Below the pieces are notes generated by a model. It ran no database searches and was not told where the DNA came from. It was given only the letters and a program-made list of their open reading frames with translations. The position numbers and the translations under genes are program-made. Shown piece by piece: positions 38,833 through 48,747 of a DNA stretch of 64,000 bases. The stretch's first letter is position 1; the number at the start of each line of letters is the position of its first letter. This DNA comes from Candidatus Bathyarchaeota archaeon (GTDB taxonomy: Archaea > Thermoproteota > Bathyarchaeia > Bathyarchaeales > Bathycorpusculaceae): the NCBI GenBank assembly GCA_963707955.1, contig OY970176.1:704001-768000 (forward strand), in the 5' to 3' direction.

Positions 38833-39645
38833 TCAGAAGCCGCTCAGTGTGAGAGCTATCAGAGCTATGCCTAGTAGCCATGTGTAGAATGCGAAGTAAT
38901 GGAATCTCTTTGTTCTCACCAAGTTTGAAACGAGTCTTATCGCTATGTAGCCTACTATGGCTGCAAAGACCATTCCGGCTGTAAGCTCAACGGGACCTAT
39001 GGTTGTAAGTGCCAATTGGCCGCGTTGCAGGTAGGCCTCGACTATTAGGTCTCCGATTACGGCTGGGATTGAGAGTATGAAAGAGAACCTGAACGCTTTT
39101 TCCCTTTTCAATCCGAGGAGCAACGCGGTCGAGATGGTCATTCCGCTTCTTGAAAGGCCTGCGAAGGATGCAAGACCTTGAGCCGTGCCCATAAGCAGGG
39201 CTATCGAGACGGTTATGACGTCGGTGTTCTCTTTTCCGATTCTAGAGGTGTAAAGCCAAGTTGCGCCTATTATGAAGGCTATCCCAATGGCCAAGAACAT
39301 GATGAAAGTGTTTGCTTCAAAATACGGTTCGAGGAATTTCGCGTACAATAGACCGATTATTCCTGTAGGAATGGTTGCAACCACTATTAGAGGTATTAGA
39401 TGGCCATATTCTGACTTGAAGTCAAGGCGTGCTAGTGCAGAGAGTATGTTTTTGACGTCCTTTCTGAAGTAGAAGATGACCACGGCGAGTGTTCCAACAT
39501 GCAGTGCAACATCGAAGAGCGGCGTAGCCGGAAACGCAAGCAGTTGTTGAGCTATTTTGAGGTGCGCAGTGCTTGATATGGGAAGCCACTCAGCGAGACC
39601 CTGAATTATTCCCAAGATAATGGTTTTGACCAACTGTTCAAGCAT
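38833..39645 (-). CDS. uppP: Undecaprenyl-diphosphatase UppP/BacA family
   Basis: GIIQGLAEWLPISSTAH and GLSRSGMT. Confidence 0.93.
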   Translation of the reverse strand: MLEQLVKTIILGIIQGLAEWLPISSTAHLKIAQQLLAFPATPLFDVALHVGTLAVVIFYFRKDVKNILSALARLDFKSEYGHLIPLIVVATIPTGIIGLLYAKFLEPYFEANTFIMFLAIGIAFIIGATWLYTSRIGKENTDVITVSIALLMGTAQGLASFAGLSRSGMTISTALLLGLKREKAFRFSFILSIPAVIGDLIVEAYLQRGQLALTTIGPVELTAGMVFAAIVGYIAIRLVSNLVRTKRFHYFAFYTWLLGIALIALTLSGF

Positions 39646-39711
39646 GAGCAGCGTCTCTTCGTTTTAAGTTTGAAAGATTAAATAACGAAGCTTATTAATC
39701 CTTTACCGCGG

Positions 39712-40260
39712 GTGCAACGTGTGAGCGGCTATCCGGCTGGAAGCGCTGAAGACCGAGAAATGCTGAAGAAGATGCCTGCGGAGAAACTCCTAGACTATTT
39801 CTTTCTACAGATACGAAACCTCTGGAGAGTTGACGGATTATACTTCCTAGGCATTGAGAAGAAGTTTGGCACAGAAGCCGCAACCGAGGTTGACGCCGGA
39901 GTCTGGGAGGCCATGGCAGAGATTGAAGCAAAGAGTCTCCAACGCATGTTTGATGTAGGCGAAAACCCTGATGTTACAACGATAATGAACCTATTGCATA
40001 GATCAAGCTGGGCTCTAGACCAGCCGTTCAAAACGATCGAAACGGGCAGCAAACGAGCAGTTTTGGGCATAGGCCGCTGCAGAACGCAGGAAGCACGGTT
40101 GAGCAAGGGCCTCGACGAGTTTCCGTGCAAGAAGGTACGGTTCGGCTACTTGAAGAACTTTGCGACGACGTTAAATCCCAACGTGAAAGTGAACTGTCTG
40201 AGATGCCCGCCTGACAAGCATCCAAAAGACGCATGGTGCAAATGGGAATTTACACTATGA
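39712..40260 (+). CDS. DUF6125-like (4VR/ATC-hydrolase-like) protein
   Basis: DGLYFLGIE..FG.EAA; CRTQEAR..KG..FPCK; C..CPPD.HP...WC.W. Confidence 0.75.
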   Translation: MQRVSGYPAGSAEDREMLKKMPAEKLLDYFFLQIRNLWRVDGLYFLGIEKKFGTEAATEVDAGVWEAMAEIEAKSLQRMFDVGENPDVTTIMNLLHRSSWALDQPFKTIETGSKRAVLGIGRCRTQEARLSKGLDEFPCKKVRFGYLKNFATTLNPNVKVNCLRCPPDKHPKDAWCKWEFTL

Positions 40261-40369
40261 TTTGGAGCTTACGTAATGTTTTTGTTTTACATCGGTAGCG
40301 TTGATGGAAGCGATTTCCGAGGTTGTAATACTTTTAAAGTTGAACAAAGAGAGTTTAGCATGGGCCGTT

Positions 40370-40639
40370 ATGCTACGGTTAAAATGCAAGAAGTGCGGAA
40401 ACGTCTTCGAACAGGGTCTTTCAGCAGGAGTGGTCTTAGGACCACACCTTGGACCTTATAAGATGGTCAAGTGTCCCGCATGTGGGAAGACCAGTTTCTT
40501 CAACGTGTACTCTTCTGTGAAGGACCCGGTCACGTGGCCTCCACAGGAGAAGAAATTGGAACAGCCCTCTGAATCGCAGTTGACGGAGGAAGAGATGGAG
40601 AGAAAGCGGATTGAAGAGTCAAAATACGAAAGAACCTGA
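40370..40639 (+). CDS. Zinc-ribbon protein
   Basis: CKKCG..HLG..KCPACG; C-terminal IEESKYE. Confidence 0.75.
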   Translation: MLRLKCKKCGNVFEQGLSAGVVLGPHLGPYKMVKCPACGKTSFFNVYSSVKDPVTWPPQEKKLEQPSESQLTEEEMERKRIEESKYERT

Positions 40640-40662
40640 TCCTCTAGGGATGGCGAAACAGT

Positions 40663-41592
40663 ATGATCGACACCGAGAACCTCACCAGAAGATTCGGCAA
40701 TCTGACCGCTGTTGAAGATGTCACTCTGCACGTTGACAAAGGAGAGGTTTTCGGGTTTCTTGGACCAAACGCGGCTGGAAAAACCACGACTGTTAGGATG
40801 CTCTGTTGCCTGATTTCAAAGACGAATGGCAAAGCACGAATAGGCGACTATGAAATTGACAGAGAAGAAGACTGCCTGGCGATAAGAAAGATGGTGGGGT
40901 TGCTGCCTGAGAACGTGGGTCTGTATGACAGCTTAAGCGTCTACAAGAACCTCGATTTCTACGGAAGACTCTACGAAGTTTCTGCTGAAAAGAGGCGTGA
41001 GAACATAGACCGCTTGCTACGGCTTCTAGGTATCTGGGAGAGAAGAGACGACGCTGTCGGAACCTTTTCAAAGGGCATGAAGCAGAAGACCGCGATTGCA
41101 CGAGCTTTAATTCACGATCCTGAAGTGCTGTTCTTAGATGAGCCCACTGCAAACCTGGACCCCGAGGCATCCAAGACCGTGAGGGATTTCATTCTTGAAC
41201 TGAAAAAGGAGAAGCGAACCATCTTCATGAACACGCACAATCTGGACGAGGCGGAAAGACTGTGCGATCGAATAGGCATACTGAAGACGAGATTAATCGC
41301 TGTGGATTCGCCGACGAACCTGGAGAGAAGCATGCATGACCGGAGAACAGTGGTTCACTTGGAAAGCGTTGATGAAACGATTTTAGCTGCCGTCAAAAAG
41401 CTCAGCGCGGTTAAGAACGTGCGAATCAACGATAATAGGTTAATTCTCGATGTGGACAACCCGGAGAAGGACAATCCGCAATTGGTCAGAGCGATCGTTA
41501 AGGCAGGGGGGAACGTGCGATTCGTCACTGAGCTTCGGTCAACACTTGAGGACGTCTACTTAAAGCTCATTCGAGAGGCTGAGACCAAATGA
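40663..41592 (+). CDS. ABC-2 type exporter ATP-binding protein
   Basis: GPNAAGKTT, FSKGMKQ, FLDEPT. Confidence 0.95.
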   Translation: MIDTENLTRRFGNLTAVEDVTLHVDKGEVFGFLGPNAAGKTTTVRMLCCLISKTNGKARIGDYEIDREEDCLAIRKMVGLLPENVGLYDSLSVYKNLDFYGRLYEVSAEKRRENIDRLLRLLGIWERRDDAVGTFSKGMKQKTAIARALIHDPEVLFLDEPTANLDPEASKTVRDFILELKKEKRTIFMNTHNLDEAERLCDRIGILKTRLIAVDSPTNLERSMHDRRTVVHLESVDETILAAVKKLSAVKNVRINDNRLILDVDNPEKDNPQLVRAIVKAGGNVRFVTELRSTLEDVYLKLIREAETK

Positions 41593-42341
41593 GACTCTGG
41601 AAATCGTGGACCGTTGCCACAAAGGACCTCAGCGTCTTTAGGAAGAATAAGTACATCCTTTACTCCCTGATCGCTCTGCCCTTCTTGCTCGGTCTGTTGA
41701 TCCCCACGATAATCTTGTTCTCATTACAGTCTCAGATTCCCTCAACTAGCCAAACTTCGTTATTGGAAGCATCTACTATTTACATAAACACGGCGTCCGG
41801 ATATTTTGTCCTCGTGGCAGCAATCCTTCCAACGATAATTGCTTCCTACAGCTTTGTGGGCGAAAAAATTGAGAAGAGCCTTGAACCTTTGTTGGCTACA
41901 CCGACGACTGATGGCGAGTTACTGTTCGGCAAGAGTCTCGCTGCGTTCCTTCCCTGCATCGGGGCAACCTACGTTGGGGGAGCGATTTTCGTGACTCTGG
42001 TAGACGTTTGGTCCTTCATCAATTTTAGAAGTTTTCTGCTTCCAAACCCGTACTGGGCAGTAATAACTGGGATCGTGACGCCTCTGGCGTGCATCCTGAG
42101 CGTTGAAGCCAACGTGATAATATCTTCAAGAGTGAACGACGTAAGAGCAGCCCAACAGTTGGGTGGACTCGTCATTCTCCCGTTGATACTCGTAGTGATC
42201 CTTGCTTCGACCAACTCGGCAATCCCGAACAGTTCACTCGCCTTGATTGTCTCAGGCGCATTGGCCGCCGCAGATCTCGCATTGTTCTACTTGAGTAAAG
42301 CAACTTTTCAGAGGGAAGAAATACTCACAAAATGGAAGTGA
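41589..42341 (+). CDS. ABC-2 type permease
   Basis: SFVGEK..KSLEPLLATP, GKSLA; 6 TM. Confidence 0.92.
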   Translation: MRLWKSWTVATKDLSVFRKNKYILYSLIALPFLLGLLIPTIILFSLQSQIPSTSQTSLLEASTIYINTASGYFVLVAAILPTIIASYSFVGEKIEKSLEPLLATPTTDGELLFGKSLAAFLPCIGATYVGGAIFVTLVDVWSFINFRSFLLPNPYWAVITGIVTPLACILSVEANVIISSRVNDVRAAQQLGGLVILPLILVVILASTNSAIPNSSLALIVSGALAAADLALFYLSKATFQREEILTKWK

Positions 42342-42474
42342 CTGCCAGAATTCTCAAACTATTATTACGCTTTGACCCAATGTTTTTTTGAACTGCCGGT
42401 ATCACTTTCTTTTTCCGAACAGCACGCGCGAAACACTAGCCATTTTGCGTGAGTTGTCAAAGGAAAGGCCCGAG

Positions 42475-43560
42475 CTAGATCGCCTGAACGCTTGATGCTT
42501 TAAAGACGATGAAAACTTCGCTCTCTAAATTGAGCGCCATCTCACCAAAGGACCGTTTGGTTATTTGAACCACGAAAGGTTTTCCAACGTCGATCGTGAG
42601 CTTCACGAGGGAACCTAAATCTGAGATTTGAACGATTCTGCCTTTAAACACGTTTCTGGCGCTTGATGTCAGTGGGTTTTTAGATAGAATTATGTCTTGG
42701 GGGCTTATGAAAATTGAGGTTTCACCTTGTTTTTGAAGTGCTGCTTCGATTTGCACGCCATTGCCCACATCCACAATTGTTGTGCCCGCATCCGTGATTC
42801 TTGCGGTTCCCACGAAAGTGTTGTCGACCGCGGCAAAACTGGCCAGATTCCTAGAAAGCCTGCCGAAAATATCAGCTGATGTTCCAATTTCGGTTATTCT
42901 GCCCTGGTTTATCAGGGCGACACGGTGAGGTATTGCTTTGGCTTGGAACATGTTGTGAGTGGCCATCACAATAGTGGTCTTCAGCTCCCGATTGACAGTT
43001 ACGATGACCTCCTCAATGATCGAAGCGTTCTTGGGATCCAAGTTTGCAGTGGGTTCGTCTAAGAGAAGCAGCCTAGTCTTCAAAACTAAGGCCCTAGCTA
43101 ATGCCACTCTTTGTTGCTCTCCACCTGAGAGTTTCTTAGCCGAACGCTTCTCGAATCCTTCCAACTTCACGAGTTTCAATGCTTTCCTAACTTCTTCCTC
43201 AATCACTGCTTTCGGCATTTTCCGCATTTTCAAACCGTAAGAAACATTATTAAATACAGAAGTGCCAAAGAGCACTGTTCTCTGAAACACCAATGCACTC
43301 TGCAAACGCATTCTTTCTGAATTCTTGTCTGTGACTATTTCGTCTTGAAATTTGATTTCTCCACTTTTAGGTTTTAGAAGGAAGGCGAGAACTTTTAGAA
43401 GAGTGGTTTTTCCAGACCCGTTAGGCCCGAGCAACGCCAGTATTTCACCTTCCTGAATTTGCAGCGTCAGATTTTCCAACACAATCCTACTGCCGAAGCA
43501 CTGCGTTACATTTCTTAACTCTGCGAGCACTGTCATTTCTTGGCCTCTGACTAACATCAT
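42475..43560 (-). CDS. tupC: Tungstate ABC transporter ATP-binding protein with TOBE domain
   Basis: GPNGSGKT, LSGGEQQR, DEPTANLD, SSARN...FKASSV. Confidence 0.88.
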   Translation of the reverse strand: MMLVRGQEMTVLAELRNVTQCFGSRIVLENLTLQIQEGEILALLGPNGSGKTTLLKVLAFLLKPKSGEIKFQDEIVTDKNSERMRLQSALVFQRTVLFGTSVFNNVSYGLKMRKMPKAVIEEEVRKALKLVKLEGFEKRSAKKLSGGEQQRVALARALVLKTRLLLLDEPTANLDPKNASIIEEVIVTVNRELKTTIVMATHNMFQAKAIPHRVALINQGRITEIGTSADIFGRLSRNLASFAAVDNTFVGTARITDAGTTIVDVGNGVQIEAALQKQGETSIFISPQDIILSKNPLTSSARNVFKGRIVQISDLGSLVKLTIDVGKPFVVQITKRSFGEMALNLESEVFIVFKASSVQAI

Positions 43561-43571
43561 TCAACGAGGCT

Positions 43572-44291
43572 TTATTGGGGCATCCTGCCGAGGGCAAGTA
43601 GCACCTGTGGGTTCTTAGCAATAACTATTATCAAATTTATGCCAAACACTATTACGAGCAGAATTATCGCGAGGGCAATGGCCGTGGAGAAGTCAGCACG
43701 TGCAGTGAGAGTCGAAATGTTCGTCGTCAAGACATCAGTGAAACCGGCAAGGTTGCCACCCACCATCAGGGCAACTCCCAACTCTGCAATCGCGCGATTG
43801 AAACCGGCAACATTAGAAAAAATGAGTCCGTTGATCGCTTCCTTCAAAACGGCGATTGAAGCCTGAGACTCGGAAGCCCCCAAAGTTTTTGCTAGATTCA
43901 TCATTTCTGGGTCGACGGCTTCAATCGCATTCGTTGCAATGCTAACAATCAGAGGTGTCACAAGCAAAGCTTCGCCTAAGATAATTGCTCCCGGAGTATA
44001 AAGCAATCCCAGAAATCCCAATGGTCCAGCCTTTGAAAGAATCAACCAGAGAAACAAGCCTAAAGCCACGGTGGGCAGGCCAATTAAAGTCGTGAAAAAA
44101 CCTTTGATTATGGATTTGCCTCGAAAATCCTTTAAGCCCAAGAGCATTGCGATTGGTGTTGCCCAGAGTACAGCGAGAATTGTTGCAACTCCAGAAAAAA
44201 GAAGAGAACGGTAGACAACGCCATAGACGGTTGGATCACCAGACAAGATCAGTTGAAGAGCTCTAACTATGCCATCTAATATCTGGTTCAA
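43572..44291 (-). CDS. tupB: Tungstate ABC transporter permease
   Basis: GLPTV..GL, GPLG..GLLYT, RAIAELG..MVGGN. Confidence 0.92.
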   Translation of the reverse strand: MNQILDGIVRALQLILSGDPTVYGVVYRSLLFSGVATILAVLWATPIAMLLGLKDFRGKSIIKGFFTTLIGLPTVALGLFLWLILSKAGPLGFLGLLYTPGAIILGEALLVTPLIVSIATNAIEAVDPEMMNLAKTLGASESQASIAVLKEAINGLIFSNVAGFNRAIAELGVALMVGGNLAGFTDVLTTNISTLTARADFSTAIALAIILLVIVFGINLIIVIAKNPQVLLALGRMPQ

Positions 44292-44302
44292 TCATTTTGC
44301 CT

Positions 44303-45286
44303 CTAAGAATAGAGCTCTGGATGGCCACCTTGATATTGCGTTGGGCATTCTGTACCGTTGAAGAACGCATATTGCTCTATCCAAGAAACGTCAGGCTGTG
44401 GACTACCGTTCTTGAGAGGCTGAACTGCACCATAGAACAGCTGTTGCGAATAATTGCCTGTGCCATAGCTGTTTATCACTTGCTGACCTGCATCTGAAAC
44501 AAGCCATTTTATGAAGGTTATCGCCTGGCTGAAACTGACGTTGCTGACTACTTTTGGGTTTACCGCGTATACGCTGTAGACGTTAAGCAAGGAATAATCA
44601 GGACCTTTTATTAGTGCTGCTAGAGAGATCGTGCCGCTTTGTGAAAACGAAAGGTAGGTACCCATATCTGAAAGCGTATATGCGTTTTTTTGGTCAGCCA
44701 CTTGCAACGTTGCGCCCATGCCTTGTCCTGTGCTCGTAAACCACGATTCTTTTGATATTGTCGTCCAATTGTAGCCTGCTGCTTTCCATAGGCTCACCTC
44801 TTTTGTGTATGTTCCAGAGGCATCATTTCTCGAAACCCAAACTATCGTGCCCGTTTGGTTTCTTCCATATGCCAGTATGCTTTTCAACGCTTCGGTTGCG
44901 TTTTTGCCTGCGATTTTAGCCGGGTCCGAGCTTGGGCCAACTATGGCGAAGTAGTTCCAGGCGATAATTTTTCTGCAGACTAAAGTTCCATTTGCAAGGT
45001 AAGGATATTCAGATGACGGCGCGTGAACTAGAACTACGTCAGCCTCTCCAGCTGCTGCGTTTGCGAGAGCGATACCTGTTCCTTGTGGAGAAAAGTAAAT
45101 GTCAACCTTATGAGTTGCTTCATATTGCGTCTTTATTTGATCAAGTAACCCGGTGTCGTAGAGGCTTGTGGTCGTAGATATTATCAGGCGAGGTGTTGGG
45201 GAGAAATCCAAGTAAGCTATTGTTCCTGCAATCACCACGACCGTCGCTATTACTGCCACAATTAAGATTTTTTGCCATGCTTCCAT
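44303..45286 (-). CDS. tupA: Tungstate-binding protein
   Basis: TTTSLYDTGLL (TupA TTTS motif), GTG.AL, VHAP, SR.D.SGT, GQGMG. Confidence 0.92.
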   Translation of the reverse strand: MEAWQKILIVAVIATVVVIAGTIAYLDFSPTPRLIISTTTSLYDTGLLDQIKTQYEATHKVDIYFSPQGTGIALANAAAGEADVVLVHAPSSEYPYLANGTLVCRKIIAWNYFAIVGPSSDPAKIAGKNATEALKSILAYGRNQTGTIVWVSRNDASGTYTKEVSLWKAAGYNWTTISKESWFTSTGQGMGATLQVADQKNAYTLSDMGTYLSFSQSGTISLAALIKGPDYSLLNVYSVYAVNPKVVSNVSFSQAITFIKWLVSDAGQQVINSYGTGNYSQQLFYGAVQPLKNGSPQPDVSWIEQYAFFNGTECPTQYQGGHPELYS

Positions 45287-45310
45287 CTCTAATCACCGAT
45301 ATGTTTTCTT

Positions 45311-45415
45311 ATTCATTTCGATGACCTTTATAAAATTATCGCAGCAGAAGAGACACTGTTGCCCAACGAGAGATACGCAAGTCGTTAGGCGTGCTTTCGA
45401 TCGATCGAAATGAAT
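45311..45415. promoter_or_regulatory. Candidate operator elements between tupA and the ModE-like gene
   Basis: ATTCATTTCGAT (45311-45322) and ATCGAAATGAAT (45404-45415) form a perfect inverted repeat; palindrome TTTCGATCGATCGAAA at 45395-45410. Confidence 0.5.
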
Positions 45416-45801
45416 CGACCGATAACCACAGCCGCCATGTATTAGCACGCATGTGCGTTCCAAATTTGGTCTGAAATGGTTCTTATTCTTCTTTTGCCTG
45501 TTCACGTCCGATACGAGCTTGTTTTGTAGCCAAGTCTTGGCCATGCTGAGGAAGGAAAATCATGAATTTGGGCATCAAACCGATCTAATCATCGCGGAGT
45601 CTTACACCGCAACCTTCGGCTTAACCCTCTACAGCTCGAGAAAGGCGGACACTGCGACAAGACCGAAAGCCGACGCGAGGCCTAGAATTGCATCCAAATT
45701 ACAAAAGACGAATTAAGACCATTTTTAACCATTTTCGGAACAGGCATGCGGCCAACGGCTCTAAACTTTATAAGAAATGCACTACAACAATAACAGCCAG
45801 A

Positions 45802-46359
45802 ATGCTCTCCCGCGGCAAACACAAGCCTTCAGGCAAGATTTGGATAGAGTACAATGGAAAACCGCTACTGGGCAAGGGCGGAGCCAAAATCCTAGAAAGC
45901 ATCAAAGACGAAGAATCAATCTCAAAGGCTGCTAAGAAGCTCGGCATGTCGTATCGTTATGTTTGGGGTTACATACGGAACATGGAGAAAGCCCTTGGCG
46001 AACCAGTCTTGGAAACGTTCAGAGGAGGCAAGTCCGGCGGTGGCGGTGCAAGATTGACCGAGTGCGGTGAAAGTCTACTAGACGAATACGGGCGTCTAGA
46101 GAATTACCTGAATCAGATTCTTGCCAACAAAGGATACTGGGAGGTGAAGAATTTGAAGATCAGTGCAAGAAACCGTTTGAAAGGAAAAGTTGTGTCAGTT
46201 GAAAAAGACGGCGTTACAGCAAAGGTAAAGATCGACGTAACCGGGCCTTCTGTAGTCACGGCAGTGATAACAAAGGAAACCCTTGAAGATCTGAACATAA
46301 AAGTCGGGGACATCGTAGAAGCGATAGTGAAAGCAACTGAAGTCATGATAGCCAAATAA
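45802..46359 (+). CDS. modE: ModE-like regulator (wHTH fused to one Mop/TOBE domain)
   Basis: GKG...IL..I....SISKAAKKLGMSYRYVW, GGGGARLT; TATA TTTATAA at ~45767. Confidence 0.9.
   Translation: MLSRGKHKPSGKIWIEYNGKPLLGKGGAKILESIKDEESISKAAKKLGMSYRYVWGYIRNMEKALGEPVLETFRGGKSGGGGARLTECGESLLDEYGRLENYLNQILANKGYWEVKNLKISARNRLKGKVVSVEKDGVTAKVKIDVTGPSVVTAVITKETLEDLNIKVGDIVEAIVKATEVMIAK
46153..46359 (+). CDS. mop: Nested in-frame molbindin (Mop), 68 aa, from an internal TTG start
   Basis: GGAGGTGA at 46140-46147, 5 nt before an in-frame TTG; product MKISARNRLKGKV...KATEVMIAK. Confidence 0.6.
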   Translation: MKISARNRLKGKVVSVEKDGVTAKVKIDVTGPSVVTAVITKETLEDLNIKVGDIVEAIVKATEVMIAK

Positions 46360-46558
46360 GCTTTTGCAAGGCTCGTAGGCACAGTGCAAAAAAGAAGCGC
46401 AAAGACCAATCACTGACCCAATAGACCTGAGGTTCTGTCAAAACATGTTTTTTTCGCAAGCGGAAACAACATCCCTGCGAATCTTGGAATCTAAGCGATG
46501 TTCTTCGAGTTTAAACTAGTTGCTACGACTCCCTGCTCTTAGCTGAAGGCTATTGGAC

Positions 46559-46960
46559 TCATTTTTCAATGATCATCGGATGAACCAGTTGGCGGCAATG
46601 AGGGCAGTGCACCAGTGCCTTGTCTCCGCTTGATTTCCAATCCTTCTTGCAGAAGGGGCATCGATACCACACGACGTTTCCAGGAAGATAAAACCGTTGC
46701 ACGCTCAAGACAAGCAATACTACTCCTGAAATGAGCATAGCATCCCCCAAGACCACGAGGTACACCAGTTTAAATTCAAGACCCGCAATGAAGCCCAGTT
46801 TCTCCGTCCATAGAAGCGTCAGAAAAGTTGAAAAAGGGTCTTTGGCTGACGAAACCTCTGGCCAAGTTTTCCACAGCGTGGTCAAAAGCGCAGCTATCCC
46901 TGCTAAGCATAAGATTAAGCTGAGGGCATACGTGGACCTCTTTCTGCGAAAAATCTTCAT
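46559..46960 (-). CDS. Two-TM membrane protein with C-terminal Zn ribbon
   Basis: Two hydrophobic helices, CPFC..CPHC. Confidence 0.75.
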   Translation of the reverse strand: MKIFRRKRSTYALSLILCLAGIAALLTTLWKTWPEVSSAKDPFSTFLTLLWTEKLGFIAGLEFKLVYLVVLGDAMLISGVVLLVLSVQRFYLPGNVVWYRCPFCKKDWKSSGDKALVHCPHCRQLVHPMIIEK

Positions 46961-47343
46961 TCTGCATTCTCGGCTTCAGATTTGCCACTTTTGTTTTATT
47001 AGATTTATGAAGTCAGTGTTCACAACAATCTACATTTCGCAGTTGGTGTTTAACGCGCGCGACAATAGTCCTAAACGCAACAGCATGGAAGGCCCTGCCA
47101 GCTATACTCATTTATCCTGTCGTAGCGAACAGGCATGGCTTCAAATTCCAAAGGACAACATGGACCATCACGAGAAAGCAAACCTCAACGAGCATAGCGC
47201 GTCGCAGATGAGAGAGCAGATTCTCGCAAACTCATGGAAACCTTTAAGTCTGCCGTGCGGTTTGTAATGGATGATAATTGGAAATCCAATTTTTCAATTA
47301 TGCTCAAGCCCAAGAGAGGTGATTATACACGTCCCAAAAAAGA

Positions 47344-47574
47344 ATGTTCGAAATCAAATGCACCGACTGCGGTCAAACCGCTATGGTGCCCTTCAAGCCT
47401 ACGGCAGGCAAGCCAGTTTACTGTAAAACGTGTTTCTCGAAGCACATGCTCAAGCGACCAGAAAATGGCGGTGCGAACTCCAGTTTTGACCCGAAACAAG
47501 CCTGGGCACGACGAGGAGACAACTGGCATGGAAGAAAGGAGGAAGAACCCACCAGCGTCTTTCAACGGCTCTAG
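47344..47574 (+). CDS. CxxC-x17-CxxC domain protein
   Basis: CTDCG....VPFKP...KPVYCKTCF; GAGGTGA SD upstream. Confidence 0.88.
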   Translation: MFEIKCTDCGQTAMVPFKPTAGKPVYCKTCFSKHMLKRPENGGANSSFDPKQAWARRGDNWHGRKEEEPTSVFQRL

Positions 47575-47653
47575 TGCACACTTAAAATAAGTAATATTCA
47601 GGCAGAAGGCAAGTTGCCGCCTTCGTTACCGCTTTTTGTTACCGCTTTCGTTA

Positions 47654-47968
47654 CTATCGTTTGCCACTGATTGTCTTAGCTGGCTGGAACACTTCACATG
47701 GTTCCTGTCTTCTGCATAACTGTGTGTCATGATTGTAACCTCTTGGACACTTCGGTCTCATATAGTGAACACAGTTGCCGCACTCCATTTCTGGAACGGC
47801 ATTCAGGGTCACAGTAGACGTGGGCAACTCAGCGCTTTTCCGTTCTTTCATCGTCCTCTGCTTCTTAGGCAAATCGCATCTTATGTCACAAGTCCTGCGC
47901 AGACCGCACAGATAACAACAAGCGTCCTTAACCTCGTTACGGCACGCCTCCGCCCTGAGCGCTCCCAT
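47654..47968 (-). CDS. Cys-rich hypothetical protein
   Basis: CRNEVKDACCYLC..RRTCDIRC and CGNCVHY..CP..C..PCEVF; GGGAGAG SD. Confidence 0.6.
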   Translation of the reverse strand: MGALRAEACRNEVKDACCYLCGLRRTCDIRCDLPKKQRTMKERKSAELPTSTVTLNAVPEMECGNCVHYMRPKCPRGYNHDTQLCRRQEPCEVFQPAKTISGKR

Positions 47969-48126
47969 GTCGCTCTCCCTTATCGCGCTGCAACCATCGT
48001 CTCCAACTAGATACTCACACTCAAAACGTGAACGGCCAGCATTCTTCGTCAGGTCCCCCTCCTACCTTTTCCATAGTACGCAGTGCTTCTACTGATTCTG
48101 ACGCCCTCGAGGATCCGCTAGAATCT

Positions 48127-48408
48127 CTACGGGATCCGGCTGCTTGTCCGTCGAAGAGCGCGCTTCCCGGTTTTTTTTCCTCGCCTTTGATGTTGTGACT
48201 CTTCTGTGGATAGGCGAAGTTGTACATCTTCATGAATCAATTCGAGACTCGTCAGGATATCCGCGTAAGAAGTGCCTGCTGAGAACGCGACGACTGCGGC
48301 CGTGCCAACAATGAGTCTTGTATCAGGACCCAACATTTCCCTCAATTCTTCCGGCACACGCAGTACATCAGACTCGATCTTCGCCACTATCATTTTAAGC
48401 TCACCCAA
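48127..48408 (-). CDS. AbrB-like hypothetical protein
   Basis: AKI....LRVPEELREMLG swapped-hairpin-like pattern. Confidence 0.55.
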   Translation of the reverse strand: MGELKMIVAKIESDVLRVPEELREMLGPDTRLIVGTAAVVAFSAGTSYADILTSLELIHEDVQLRLSTEESQHQRRGKKTGKRALRRTSSRIP

Positions 48409-48747
48409 CTCGAAATCACCAGTTCTTAGAAAACCCCCTCGAACTATTCAAGCCTTTTCTTTACCTTCTATGCTTGCCTTATATGCTTACACGCGGCGGT
48501 CGGCTGGATTTTGGAAAACGAGCTCTACAGGAAACTCAGATTTTTCCCGCGCGCTAGCATCGTTGAAGGTTATGTACGTATGCTTTCAAAGAATTTATGT
48601 CCCCCACCGAGATACAGTTCGCGCGCGCAGACTGGCCAAAGAGCTGAATGTGTCAGGCTACTCATCTCCAACTGTCAAAGCATCCAGCATGTATTAGTTT
48701 TATTAGCCGTAACGTGTAAACTAGTTAGAAAAGGGTGATCGTTCAGA

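Noticed and set aside
45630-45700. Hydrophobic mini-ORF MDAILGLASAFGLVAVSAFLEL on the minus strand
   Set aside because: Possibly a permease remnant, but too short to assign
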